IMG/VR virus record: IMGVR_UViG_3300048919_000216
Span: 1-45,875 of that record
Direction: 5' to 3' (one strand)
From: a virus
DNA length: 45,875 nucleotides
Under the pieces are notes generated by a model that worked only from the letters and a program-made list of their open reading frames with translations, was not told the origin of the DNA and did no database searches. Shown here piece by piece: positions 31,652 through 39,831 of this stretch; the first letter of the stretch is position 1, and the number at the start of each line of letters is the position of its first letter. A program made the position numbers and the translations under genes.

Positions 31652-33765
31652 CGTTTGCGCTGACGCGGCTTGGCCGAGCCCTGCGCTGGTTTCGGTTGCT
31701 TTTGCTTGGTGAAGGGGCTTTCGTCAGCCAGGTCGAATAGATCATCGATCTTTTCCGGCTCGCCGTGCAGATCGCGGATGAGATCGGCCCAGCGGTCCGT
31801 TGTCAGGCGGCGCTTGTTTTCGAGATGCCAAGCCAGCGCATAGGCATAAACGGTCACGTCCCACCAGTCGTTTTTGCGACCGTTGATCTTCTTCCATTTT
31901 CGCCCAGCTTTGGGATTGACCAGCTTTTTGGATTTGCGCTTGAGGCTCGTTCGCGCCTCTTCCGCTTCATCCACCAAGCGTTCCGCCGTCAGCTCTTCGG
32001 CAAACTCATTGTCGCAAAGGTTGGCTGCGAAATGGATCGTGCCGCGCGGCCACTGCCTATCCTCGCCGACGCCCTGCACAAGATTGGCAAGCGCCGCTGC
32101 AACAGCGGTTTTCACATCGTAGAGGCCGACCGGGTAAAGCAGGACTTTCGCGATCACGCGGTTACGCTGATCTTTGATATCCTGTTTCTTCGGCGTTCCG
32201 AGCCACGGCAAGCCGATAGGCTCGCGGCCATCGAGAGCAAGCACGTTCGGGCGACCGGCGCAGAACCGATAAACACGGTCCGTCGCCCAGCCGGTATCGA
32301 CGCCTGAAATGTCCAAGCCCTTTTCTTTCCCGCTCGGCGTGACGTAGGTCCGCGAAAGCGCGTCAGAAAGCTTGATCCAAGGTTCGTCCGATTTGTCAGG
32401 CGACCCCTCGAAAACTTCACGGTCGATAAGGCAGTGCTGCCCGCGTGGGCCGACAGCAAAGACGCCCCACTTGATGCCGTAGCCCTGAACGTCAGCAGCG
32501 GACACAAGCAAGGCCGTCCATTCTGGAATGACATTGTTTGGGATGCCCGCATTGCGCGCGGCCTCGACGATTTTCTCATAATCGATTTCCTCGCCACCCG
32601 GATCGTATGGCTCCGCCAAATCCTGCTGATAAAATGTCTTCAGCTTCGTGGTGTTGCCTTCAGCATCCTTCCAGCGCTTCCAGATTTCCGCCCACTTTTC
32701 GCGCGGCGCATATGCGGCCCACAAATGATAGCTCGGTTGCCAGTCGCGGCATCTACCTTCAAGCGGTGGGCATAGCCACGTCGCAAGATCGGCGGGAGCA
32801 ATGGCAAGCGGAACCGGATCGGCGTCTTCAGGAACGCGGCGAGCGATCCAGTGCGCCTTTTCCTCCATGGCGCGCTTGTGGCCGTCGAGGATCGGCTCAT
32901 CGCAACCGAGACAGCGCATATGCACCGGCAATCCGCGCTCGGCGTCCGGCCCGCGCATCATGTCGAATTCAAGCGCCTGATAGGTGCCGCAGTGCGGGCA
33001 AGGCATGTAGCGATACCGCTGGTCGCCCGCTTCGAAGTCTTCGGTGATGGCGCACTCGCCAGCAATGCCCGGTGTCGAGCCTTGCCATTCTTTGGCTAGA
33101 TCGCCGTACATCTTTTGACGCGCTCGCGCCTGATCACGAGGGCTACCGCGACCGTCAACGTCTGCCGGGTAGCCAGTCACCTCGTCCATCGCAAGATACT
33201 TGATGGACACCATCTGCAAGCCCTTGGAAGAACCTGCATTGACGATCTGGCAGAAGCCACCGGCATAGCGCTTGAACGCGGACGTGCTGCCCTGTTCGTC
33301 GCGGCTGTTTACCGGCATCACCTTGTGCGCGATCCGAGGCGATACCTCGATTGTCGGCTGCAATTTGATGCGGTTGAACTTGGTCGCTTCTTCAAGCGTC
33401 GGAAGCACGATCATCATCGAGCCGGGCGCTTGATCCACGATGTAGCAGAACCAATTCTCAATCGCGGTCGATTTGCCGAGCTGCGCTGCCCACCGGCATG
33501 TGACGCGTCGCGCGGGATGATCCGGATGCAAGCAGTCCTGTGGTTCGCGCAGATACGGCACGCGATCTGTCAGGAAGTCACCAGGCCACGGCGAGCCGGA
33601 TTCAGGTGACACCTTTCGATAGGCGTCAGAGAATTCGCTGATCGTTAGGTCTTCGGTCGGGCGGCTCGCCGCTGCCATACCGCGAAACAAGATCGCCGCC
33701 CCGTGGGCAAGCTCTGGAAATCGCGCTCGAACGTCGTGAACCGTCACTGCCAAGCCCGCCCTCAA
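31633..33765 (-). CDS. Terminase large subunit, lambda gpA family
   Basis: 710 aa. The Walker A-like motif is RWAAQLGKS, the zinc ribbon is CPHCGTYQ...CLGCDEPI, and the C-terminal half looks like a nuclease. The start is TTG 33765 or GTG 33747. Confidence 0.9.
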   Translation of the reverse strand: MRAGLAVTVHDVRARFPELAHGAAILFRGMAAASRPTEDLTISEFSDAYRKVSPESGSPWPGDFLTDRVPYLREPQDCLHPDHPARRVTCRWAAQLGKSTAIENWFCYIVDQAPGSMMIVLPTLEEATKFNRIKLQPTIEVSPRIAHKVMPVNSRDEQGSTSAFKRYAGGFCQIVNAGSSKGLQMVSIKYLAMDEVTGYPADVDGRGSPRDQARARQKMYGDLAKEWQGSTPGIAGECAITEDFEAGDQRYRYMPCPHCGTYQALEFDMMRGPDAERGLPVHMRCLGCDEPILDGHKRAMEEKAHWIARRVPEDADPVPLAIAPADLATWLCPPLEGRCRDWQPSYHLWAAYAPREKWAEIWKRWKDAEGNTTKLKTFYQQDLAEPYDPGGEEIDYEKIVEAARNAGIPNNVIPEWTALLVSAADVQGYGIKWGVFAVGPRGQHCLIDREVFEGSPDKSDEPWIKLSDALSRTYVTPSGKEKGLDISGVDTGWATDRVYRFCAGRPNVLALDGREPIGLPWLGTPKKQDIKDQRNRVIAKVLLYPVGLYDVKTAVAAALANLVQGVGEDRQWPRGTIHFAANLCDNEFAEELTAERLVDEAEEARTSLKRKSKKLVNPKAGRKWKKINGRKNDWWDVTVYAYALAWHLENKRRLTTDRWADLIRDLHGEPEKIDDLFDLADESPFTKQKQPKPAQGSAKPRQRKRWGSYS

Positions 33766-33771
33766 TTCTGA

Positions 33772-34380
33772 TCACTGGACGGTTTCGACGCCCTCCGCTT
33801 GGCGCTTTAGCGCCTCAAGCTGCTTTGTGATCTGTTCGTTAAAGGTAGCCAGTCCGAGCTTTGCGAAGCCTTTCAGCGCCAGACGCACAGTGCGTTCGTC
33901 CCAGCCATACTTGAGCGAGAGCGTTGCAGCTTCAGGCTCGATGGCGCGCTCGAAAGAACTTTGCATTAGCGCCACGGCATCGCGCCCAGCCTGATCGACT
34001 TCATCAACAACGGTCAATTCGCCTCGCCGCTTGGCAAGGTCCATTTCCTTTAGCTCCGCATCGGCCAACGCTTTACGAGCATTGCCATCGGCCTGCGTCT
34101 TGTTGCGGAAATTCCCTGTCCCGTTTCCGCCCTCGAATGATGGCGATGGGCTGGGCGCTGCGCTGAAGAGCGTAGCCGGGGCGGAACGAATGCGGATGTT
34201 CCCCGAGCGGTGATCAACGAGGGCTGTGTAATCGACCTTATTGGACTTTCCATCGCCGCGCAGCGGCAAGGCTTCCGCGTGCTGCTTCAGGTAACGCGAG
34301 AGCGTTGAACGGTCTACCTTGTCGCCGTCACGTGTAAGTCGCGCCGCCGCCTCGGTGATGGAAACCCAATCTTCATCCAT
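33772..34380 (-). CDS. Terminase small subunit (N-terminal HTH)
   Basis: 202 aa. WVSITEAAARLTRDGDKVDRSTLSRYLK is the HTH. It lies directly upstream of TerL and downstream of the candidate cos region. Confidence 0.6.
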   Translation of the reverse strand: MDEDWVSITEAAARLTRDGDKVDRSTLSRYLKQHAEALPLRGDGKSNKVDYTALVDHRSGNIRIRSAPATLFSAAPSPSPSFEGGNGTGNFRNKTQADGNARKALADAELKEMDLAKRRGELTVVDEVDQAGRDAVALMQSSFERAIEPEAATLSLKYGWDERTVRLALKGFAKLGLATFNEQITKQLEALKRQAEGVETVQ

Positions 34381-34603
34381 CGGATTTCATTTCCTTCACA
34401 GCATCGGCAATGACTTTGTTAGCGAGCCAGTCGGATTGGACTGGTCCGTCTTTGTCTGCCGTTTCTACGCGGGAATAATTTTCCCCAATGAGCCTTACCT
34501 CGCATACGACCTTTGAGCTGCCGGGTGAGAAGCTATGCAAAAGGCGAGCACCACGAATGAAATCCGTAGCCGCGTTTCCATGCAGGTCCATCCGAAACCA
34601 CCC

Positions 34604-34776
34604 GTGCAAGCGTGCGTGCAGTGTGCGTGTATGCGTGTACCGCTTTTCGAAAGTGCAACTAGGCAAATCCCGCAGTACCCCTGTCCCGTATGGTGGTTTT
34701 TCCCCGATTACGGTCCCTAAATGGGGGGGGTGGGGGTAGGTTGTTGCGATTGTGCAACGGCCCATGGGGCATGGGG
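34604..34776. other. Candidate cos region (cosB-like repeats plus G-tracts and inverted repeat)
   Basis: TGCGTG occurs three times (34613, 34624, 34632). G8-T-G5 lies at 34723..34736, GTTGC-N6-GCAAC at about 34740..34757, and a tandem CATGGGG x2 at 34763..34776. All lie in the 459-bp non-coding gap upstream of terS. Confidence 0.4.
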
Positions 34777-34839
34777 TATACAGATCCCGGATTTCGGTCG
34801 CAGGGCAGCAGGTAAGCGGCCATAACTTTTCTGTATTTC

Positions 34840-35412
34840 CTACGGCACAAGTTTGTTCAAGACGGCGATAACCCTTTGATCAAGCAGCGGAGCCGCAGTT
34901 CGATGGAAGGCTTCGACCGTTGCGCCTTGCGACATTTCAACCGGGATGAATACGCCTGACCGAGCGAAGGTAATTTTGCTGCCCGATTTGTTAAGTCGGT
35001 AGTAAACATGGCCGTTGAACTTCGGGACAGCCTTGCGATTGGGAAACACGCCACCACGCATGAAACTTCCGGGATACAGCGTTGCTTTTCCGAACGGCCT
35101 TGCGACGACACCGGCTGGTGTTTCCTTTGGGCGCAGATATTTGAGGCGGATGTTCCCGCCTCGCGTGATCATGTCGTAGACGTATCGACCGGGCCGAGCG
35201 CCAAGCGGATTGCCGATCGCCTTCACGATGACGGCGCGGGGCAAGCCGGTTTGCTTCGTCAGAGTGCGGATAACAATCGTTTTCGAGCGATTGCCGACTT
35301 GGTTGACGATCCGGGGGAGGACTTTAGGAAACTTCGTGTTGAGAGCTTCGAGCCGCTTACCATACTTGGCAAGGTTTCTATCGGCCCAGCGCATGTTGAT
35401 GATGCCTGTCAT
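34840..35412 (-). CDS. Virion/tail completion protein (resembles lambda gpZ / HK97 gp10-type family)
   Basis: 190 aa from MTGIINMRW with a GGAGG RBS. The pattern ...VLPRIVNQVGNRSKTIVIRTLTKQTGLPRAVI.... and the basic beta-rich C-terminus resemble that family. It is the first gene after the terminator. Confidence 0.45.
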   Translation of the reverse strand: MTGIINMRWADRNLAKYGKRLEALNTKFPKVLPRIVNQVGNRSKTIVIRTLTKQTGLPRAVIVKAIGNPLGARPGRYVYDMITRGGNIRLKYLRPKETPAGVVARPFGKATLYPGSFMRGGVFPNRKAVPKFNGHVYYRLNKSGSKITFARSGVFIPVEMSQGATVEAFHRTAAPLLDQRVIAVLNKLVP

Positions 35413-35441
35413 GACCGAGCCTCCGGGAAAACAAACCCCAT

Positions 35442-35474
35442 ACAAACGCAAAAGGCGACCGGTTAAGGTCGCCT
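35442..35474 (-). terminator. Strong intrinsic terminator between the NusG-like gene and the late structural genes
   Basis: On the minus strand AGGCGACC-TTAACC-GGTCGCCT is followed by TTTTGCGTTTGT. Confidence 0.75.
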
Positions 35475-35639
35475 CTTGAACATAGCTTGCGCACTGGCCT
35501 CGAGTCGAAGTCTCAAACGAGACCGCCGAGGCTGGGTTTCCGATCGCTTCGCCCTGTAACCTGCTGGTTAGCTCTGGCAGCGTCTAGCGCTGGCATGTGA
35601 GGGTTTACGCATCGGAAGTGGCCGTTGACCGAATGACTC

Positions 35640-36299
35640 TCACAACTTCTGGAGAAACGCAAGATCAATTTCCACGTCATGGGCAAACTCGCCATACCCT
35701 TCGACACACACGTTTACGCGTGGATTTCGACCGCTCTTAACCCGCACCACGACGCAGTTGCTGCCCGCGAACAGCCCATGCGTGATATACGCCCTCTGCC
35801 CCTGCCCGATCGAGCGATCGACCGGCATGCGCTCGACGTTGACAGCCTCAAAAACCCTCTGAAAAACAAGCATTTGCTTTTCAGGGATTTCCGTATAGCG
35901 CACCCCATCACCGATGAAATCGACCACGCCTTTTACCTGCTTGATGGCATGAAATGCGGCGGCGATCGGCAGCATCCGAACGAAAACGTAGCCGCCAAAC
36001 ACGGGCCGCTCACTTACGATCTTCACGCCCCTTTTGATGGTTTGGCACTGCTCGCGCAGAACAAAAACCTCAACACCGGCTGTGGACAATTTGCTTTCGA
36101 TCGTGAAGTCGGCACCACCTGAGACCGAAAAGCAGAACCACCGCGCATCATTTGGTGTCGCTTCGAATCGCACGGCCTTGGCAGGTTCAAGCATCATTGC
36201 GTACAAACGTTCCTCTCTTGTCATTCGCGATCGGGCGAAGTCCGATATCTCTTTCGTGGCGCAAGCCCCTGCCTGCAAACCTGATTTCTTTCCCCGCAT
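35640..36299 (-). CDS. NusG/RfaH-like transcription elongation factor paralog (NGN + KOW)
   Basis: The NGN pattern is WFCFSVSGGADFTIESKLSTAGVEVFVL...RPVFGGYVFVRM...AIKQVKGVVDFIGDG. The KOW-like part is GQRAYITHGLFAGSNCVVVRV...VCVEGYGEFAHDVEIDLAFLQKL. The N-terminal start is uncertain. Confidence 0.75.
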   Translation of the reverse strand: MRGKKSGLQAGACATKEISDFARSRMTREERLYAMMLEPAKAVRFEATPNDARWFCFSVSGGADFTIESKLSTAGVEVFVLREQCQTIKRGVKIVSERPVFGGYVFVRMLPIAAAFHAIKQVKGVVDFIGDGVRYTEIPEKQMLVFQRVFEAVNVERMPVDRSIGQGQRAYITHGLFAGSNCVVVRVKSGRNPRVNVCVEGYGEFAHDVEIDLAFLQKL

Positions 36300-36305
36300 T
36301 TCCTG

Positions 36306-37478
36306 TCAAACCTTGCTCATCTGCGTTTCTACTTCTGCTAGCGCGGCCTCAACAGCCGCATCTAAATTCGTCACCCCGAGGTCAACCGCTGGAAAAGGAA
36401 GGTAGTTTGGCGCGAAGGTGAACCACGGCCAGCCACGCCGCCCGTGAAGGCGCGACCAGGCCGCGTAAAGGTCGCCATCTTTCTTGACCGGCTTGAACGC
36501 CTCCGAAATCGCACAAAGCGCGGTCGGGCATTTATGTGGCCTGCCCCTCTTCATATCGGCCATCATGTCATTGACGTTCGGCCAGCCATGGACGGCCAGT
36601 TTCTCAAGCCGGATTTCCTCTTGTGTCTTGTCGGTCCGGTTTCGGTCAAAAGCCGTGAAGACGACATTGCCGGTCGGCGGCTGCAAGAGCATCGAGAAGC
36701 GTGTTGCCATCCAAAGCGGGCTGAACGACTTCGCGTCGACCAGCTCCGGACGCTCGGCAACTTCGATAGGAACATTTTCCCACGATCTATCTCGCAAGTA
36801 GTGGGCTGGGCTGGAAAGCTTGCCCTTTCCCGACCATCGCAGGAAGGCAGGCGTTAGCCGTATGCATTCCCGCCTATCCTCTTCCGTCAGTCGATACCAA
36901 ATCTTCCGGGCCTCAGAATCGCTGAAATTGGAGAAGCCCGGATAGGTCACCAACCATTCCAGGAACTGCTTTCGCATTCTCACCTTGTTGGTCACGGCGT
37001 CCGCGCCCCCGCTCGCGTTTTTATCTGGAGTGGTATTTGGAGAGGTCAGTGGAGAGGTATTATACGCGGGGAAATCCGCCCCATCTGGCGGGGGTGTGTC
37101 GCCCCATCTGTTGGGGTCCGTCTCCCCGGCACCCTCACCCGCCCCATCCGCTAAGTCGGCATCCTCACTGGCAGCATCAGGCCAGCGCGCGATATAGGAC
37201 TTGCGTTGATGTTGCGGACCGGTCCACCCGGCAGATTGGATAACAAGCCAGCCACGATTTTCCGCAATAAGAAGATGCTCGCGCACCGTCTTGCGGTAGC
37301 GCCCGGTCTTTGTCGCCAAGTCGTCAATAGACGGAAAACAGCTATCGCCGTTCACGCCCATGAATTCGGAAAGCGCCTGCAGGACTTGGCGCGTCGTCGG
37401 CGGAAGATCGCTTTGACCTATCGACCGACGCCAGCGCCAGACCCGCGATTGCTCTTTTTTTGTCTTCACCTCGTTCAT
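36306..37478 (-). CDS. Winged-HTH replication-initiator-like protein (phage early operon)
   Basis: 390 aa from MNEVKTKKEQ. LPPTTRQVLQALSEFMGVNGDSCFPSIDDLATKTGRYRKTVREHLLIAENRGWLVI is a Rep/DnaD-type wHTH. A long C-terminal domain has no recognised motif. Confidence 0.55.
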   Translation of the reverse strand: MNEVKTKKEQSRVWRWRRSIGQSDLPPTTRQVLQALSEFMGVNGDSCFPSIDDLATKTGRYRKTVREHLLIAENRGWLVIQSAGWTGPQHQRKSYIARWPDAASEDADLADGAGEGAGETDPNRWGDTPPPDGADFPAYNTSPLTSPNTTPDKNASGGADAVTNKVRMRKQFLEWLVTYPGFSNFSDSEARKIWYRLTEEDRRECIRLTPAFLRWSGKGKLSSPAHYLRDRSWENVPIEVAERPELVDAKSFSPLWMATRFSMLLQPPTGNVVFTAFDRNRTDKTQEEIRLEKLAVHGWPNVNDMMADMKRGRPHKCPTALCAISEAFKPVKKDGDLYAAWSRLHGRRGWPWFTFAPNYLPFPAVDLGVTNLDAAVEAALAEVETQMSKV

Positions 37479-38026
37479 CGTTGGCCTTGCCCCTGCCCTT
37501 TCCATGTCTTGAAATCGTTGCGCATCGCGAAGAACGCCCGCTGCGCACGCTCCTCCTTCATGAGTTGCCTTTTGCTGGTAATGCCGAGCAGCCGCTTCAT
37601 TGACTCGTCGGCCTCGTCGATCGTGTGGATAGGGTGCTTGATCGTCCCGTCACGCCTCTCGAGGAAGCGATGAAATTCAGGCTTGTTGCACAGGATTGCC
37701 GCTTCCGCCGCAAAGTCGCCGTCCTTCAGGTTTTGCGGCCCAACGATCTGCTTTTGGAGATCCTCGTAAGCGACCTTTGAACGCCGACGCGTCCGAAGCA
37801 AAAGAAAGAGCGTGTCTAGCGCACCTGTCAGAAGCTCCAATTCGTCAGGCGAAGCCTGATCGTGAATGGTGCAGACAATCGCGCGCCCTGTTTTTGCTCT
37901 ACGCACCACTAGATGCATGCCAGCGTCGTCCTGTTCGATCTGCCAGACGTCGCCCTTCAATCTGTCCGCTATCCCTGCCAAGAGCATCAATCGTGCTTTG
38001 TCTTGCGCTAATGCTGCATCTGTCAT
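37475..38026 (-). CDS. Hypothetical early protein (183 aa)
   Basis: ATG 38026 overlaps the C5-methylase stop (ATGA), and its own stop overlaps the next start. Confidence 0.55.
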   Translation of the reverse strand: MTDAALAQDKARLMLLAGIADRLKGDVWQIEQDDAGMHLVVRRAKTGRAIVCTIHDQASPDELELLTGALDTLFLLLRTRRRSKVAYEDLQKQIVGPQNLKDGDFAAEAAILCNKPEFHRFLERRDGTIKHPIHTIDEADESMKRLLGITSKRQLMKEERAQRAFFAMRNDFKTWKGQGQGQR

Positions 38027-39831
38027 GCGGCCACCGCCTGCACGGCCAAATGGCCGCAGTTGGCGGCGGCAAGCGCTCTTGCCACGGGCGGGCATACGCT
38101 GTTGCCGACACAGGACACTTGCACATCCTTGGAGAACGGCACCCAAACCGGACCGCCATTGTGGCCGATCTGCGAGCGGTCATAGTAGCCGTCGATCTGG
38201 TAATCAGTCGGGAAGCCTTGCGCGGTGTACAGTTCGCGAGGCGTGAGCATTCGCATGCCGATATCGACCACGACGAAGGTCACTCCGTCGATTTCGAGCG
38301 TCACAAACTCGCGTTCGTCCCAAAGCCCGAAGGATCGGAGGAAATCGGCCACCTGCCGCGCCCGAGCTGCTTGCGCTTCCGTAAATGGCGGAACATCGAG
38401 CGTCGCCTCGACATGCGCGTGACGATCGTTGCATGTCGCCGTCCGCATAGGGGTGTCGTAAGCTGCACCCTCACCCGTTCCATAATAGGCTTGCATGTAG
38501 GGCGTTATCAGCCGCGTCTTGCCCTGCCCTTCCGGCATCACAGTGCCGCATGGCTGGTCCATCCCGTGACCCGTCGATGTGCCGAAGTCTCGCGCCACAT
38601 AGGCGGAAACAAGCTGCTGGTGGCTTCCTGTTTGGGTGATCGCGGAAAGCGGCGCATTGGCCGACCTTCCCGGATTGACACCACCAATGCGCCGACTGTC
38701 GCTATTGTGCTGCGCCATGTAGGCACAAAAAACGCCGTTCTGATCTTTGCTACTTGCCGTGACGGTATGCGCTGGCTTTTCAACGGAGCGGCTTGCCCCG
38801 CCCTGCTGTGCGTATGTCAAAACCGGAGCGACGACGGCATGCTTGATGCTTCCGGCCACCACTGTACCTAGCGGCTGATCGACGCTCATGCAGCGCGGTG
38901 CTTGCCCCAGCCGCTCGCCATATCCAAGCTGTACCAGGTAGGGCCGTTTCGCCTTCAGGACGAAGCGATCGAAACCACGCGCGACCCGTGCCATGGAATT
39001 GTACGCCAGCGGACGCTTGGCAACGAGGCCATGCTTTTCCTTAATCTCAACGGCGCTATCGAAGATGCTGGGGCAAGGCAGGCTGTAATCAATGCAATCG
39101 CCAACGATCCGCCAAGGTAGCTTGCGACCGGCGATAACGTCCGGATCATCCGGGCAGCCATGGGTCGGCGTAGGCCAGACGATCGGCTGACCATCAAACC
39201 GGATCACAATAAACAGCCGCTTTCGAATAGTCGCCGCGCCGAACTCGTAACCACGCAATTCGCGGCTTTCCATCTTGCCGCCAAGCTTCCGGATTGCCTT
39301 GCACCATCTGCGGTACTCCTGACCTTTCCTTTTGGGGTCAGGCATCAACCCACGTGGCGTTTCGATCAGCGGCCCGTAATCCTTGAACTCCTCGACATTT
39401 TCCATCATGACGACATCGACCTTGCCGCCGCTCTTCTGGATCCGCTCTATCCAGCCGGGAATAATCCAGCACAGGTCACGAATATTGCGCTCGACAGGCT
39501 TGCCGCCCTTCGCCTTGCTGAAATGCTTGCAGTCTGGCGAGAACCAGGCGAGCCCGATATGCTTGCCCCGCAGATGGTCGAGCGGATCGACCTTATAGAC
39601 GTTCTCAGAAAGATGGATCGTGGCAGGATGGTTAGCCGCATGCAGCGCCAGCGCCGCCGCATTGTGGTTGATGGCGTAGTCAGGAGAACGACCGAGCGCT
39701 TGCTCGATACCAGTAGACGCCCCGCCGCCACCAGCGAAACTGTCAATGATGTACGGCAGGCCATGTGCGTTAAGTGCGGGCGTCGCAGCCAGCAGGGTGC
39801 TGGCAAAGAGTGCGCCGACGTGAGCGTTCAT
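38023..39831 (-). CDS. DNA (cytosine-5) methyltransferase with an unusually long target-recognition region
   Basis: Motif I is DSFAGGGGAS, motif IV is SPDCKHFS (catalytic Cys), motif VI is ENV, motif VIII is RKRLFIVI, motif IX is TPRELYTAQGFP and motif X is GNSVCPP. About 320 aa separate motifs VIII and IX. Confidence 0.9.
   Translation of the reverse strand: MNAHVGALFASTLLAATPALNAHGLPYIIDSFAGGGGASTGIEQALGRSPDYAINHNAAALALHAANHPATIHLSENVYKVDPLDHLRGKHIGLAWFSPDCKHFSKAKGGKPVERNIRDLCWIIPGWIERIQKSGGKVDVVMMENVEEFKDYGPLIETPRGLMPDPKRKGQEYRRWCKAIRKLGGKMESRELRGYEFGAATIRKRLFIVIRFDGQPIVWPTPTHGCPDDPDVIAGRKLPWRIVGDCIDYSLPCPSIFDSAVEIKEKHGLVAKRPLAYNSMARVARGFDRFVLKAKRPYLVQLGYGERLGQAPRCMSVDQPLGTVVAGSIKHAVVAPVLTYAQQGGASRSVEKPAHTVTASSKDQNGVFCAYMAQHNSDSRRIGGVNPGRSANAPLSAITQTGSHQQLVSAYVARDFGTSTGHGMDQPCGTVMPEGQGKTRLITPYMQAYYGTGEGAAYDTPMRTATCNDRHAHVEATLDVPPFTEAQAARARQVADFLRSFGLWDEREFVTLEIDGVTFVVVDIGMRMLTPRELYTAQGFPTDYQIDGYYDRSQIGHNGGPVWVPFSKDVQVSCVGNSVCPPVARALAAANCGHLAVQAVAA

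Noticed and set aside
34723-34736. The G8-T-G5 tract could be a G-quadruplex or a phase-variable homopolymer.
   Set aside because: Only three usable G-tracts lie within range, so there is no canonical G4. The tract is not inside a coding region, so slippage would not switch a gene. It is kept only as part of the cos-region description.
34373-34765. A 130-aa minus-strand ORF covers the terS-upstream gap.
   Set aside because: Its composition (His/Arg/Gly/Thr runs) is not protein-like. It spans the G-tracts and repeat elements, and it would overlap the terS start. I interpret the region as the non-coding cos region instead.
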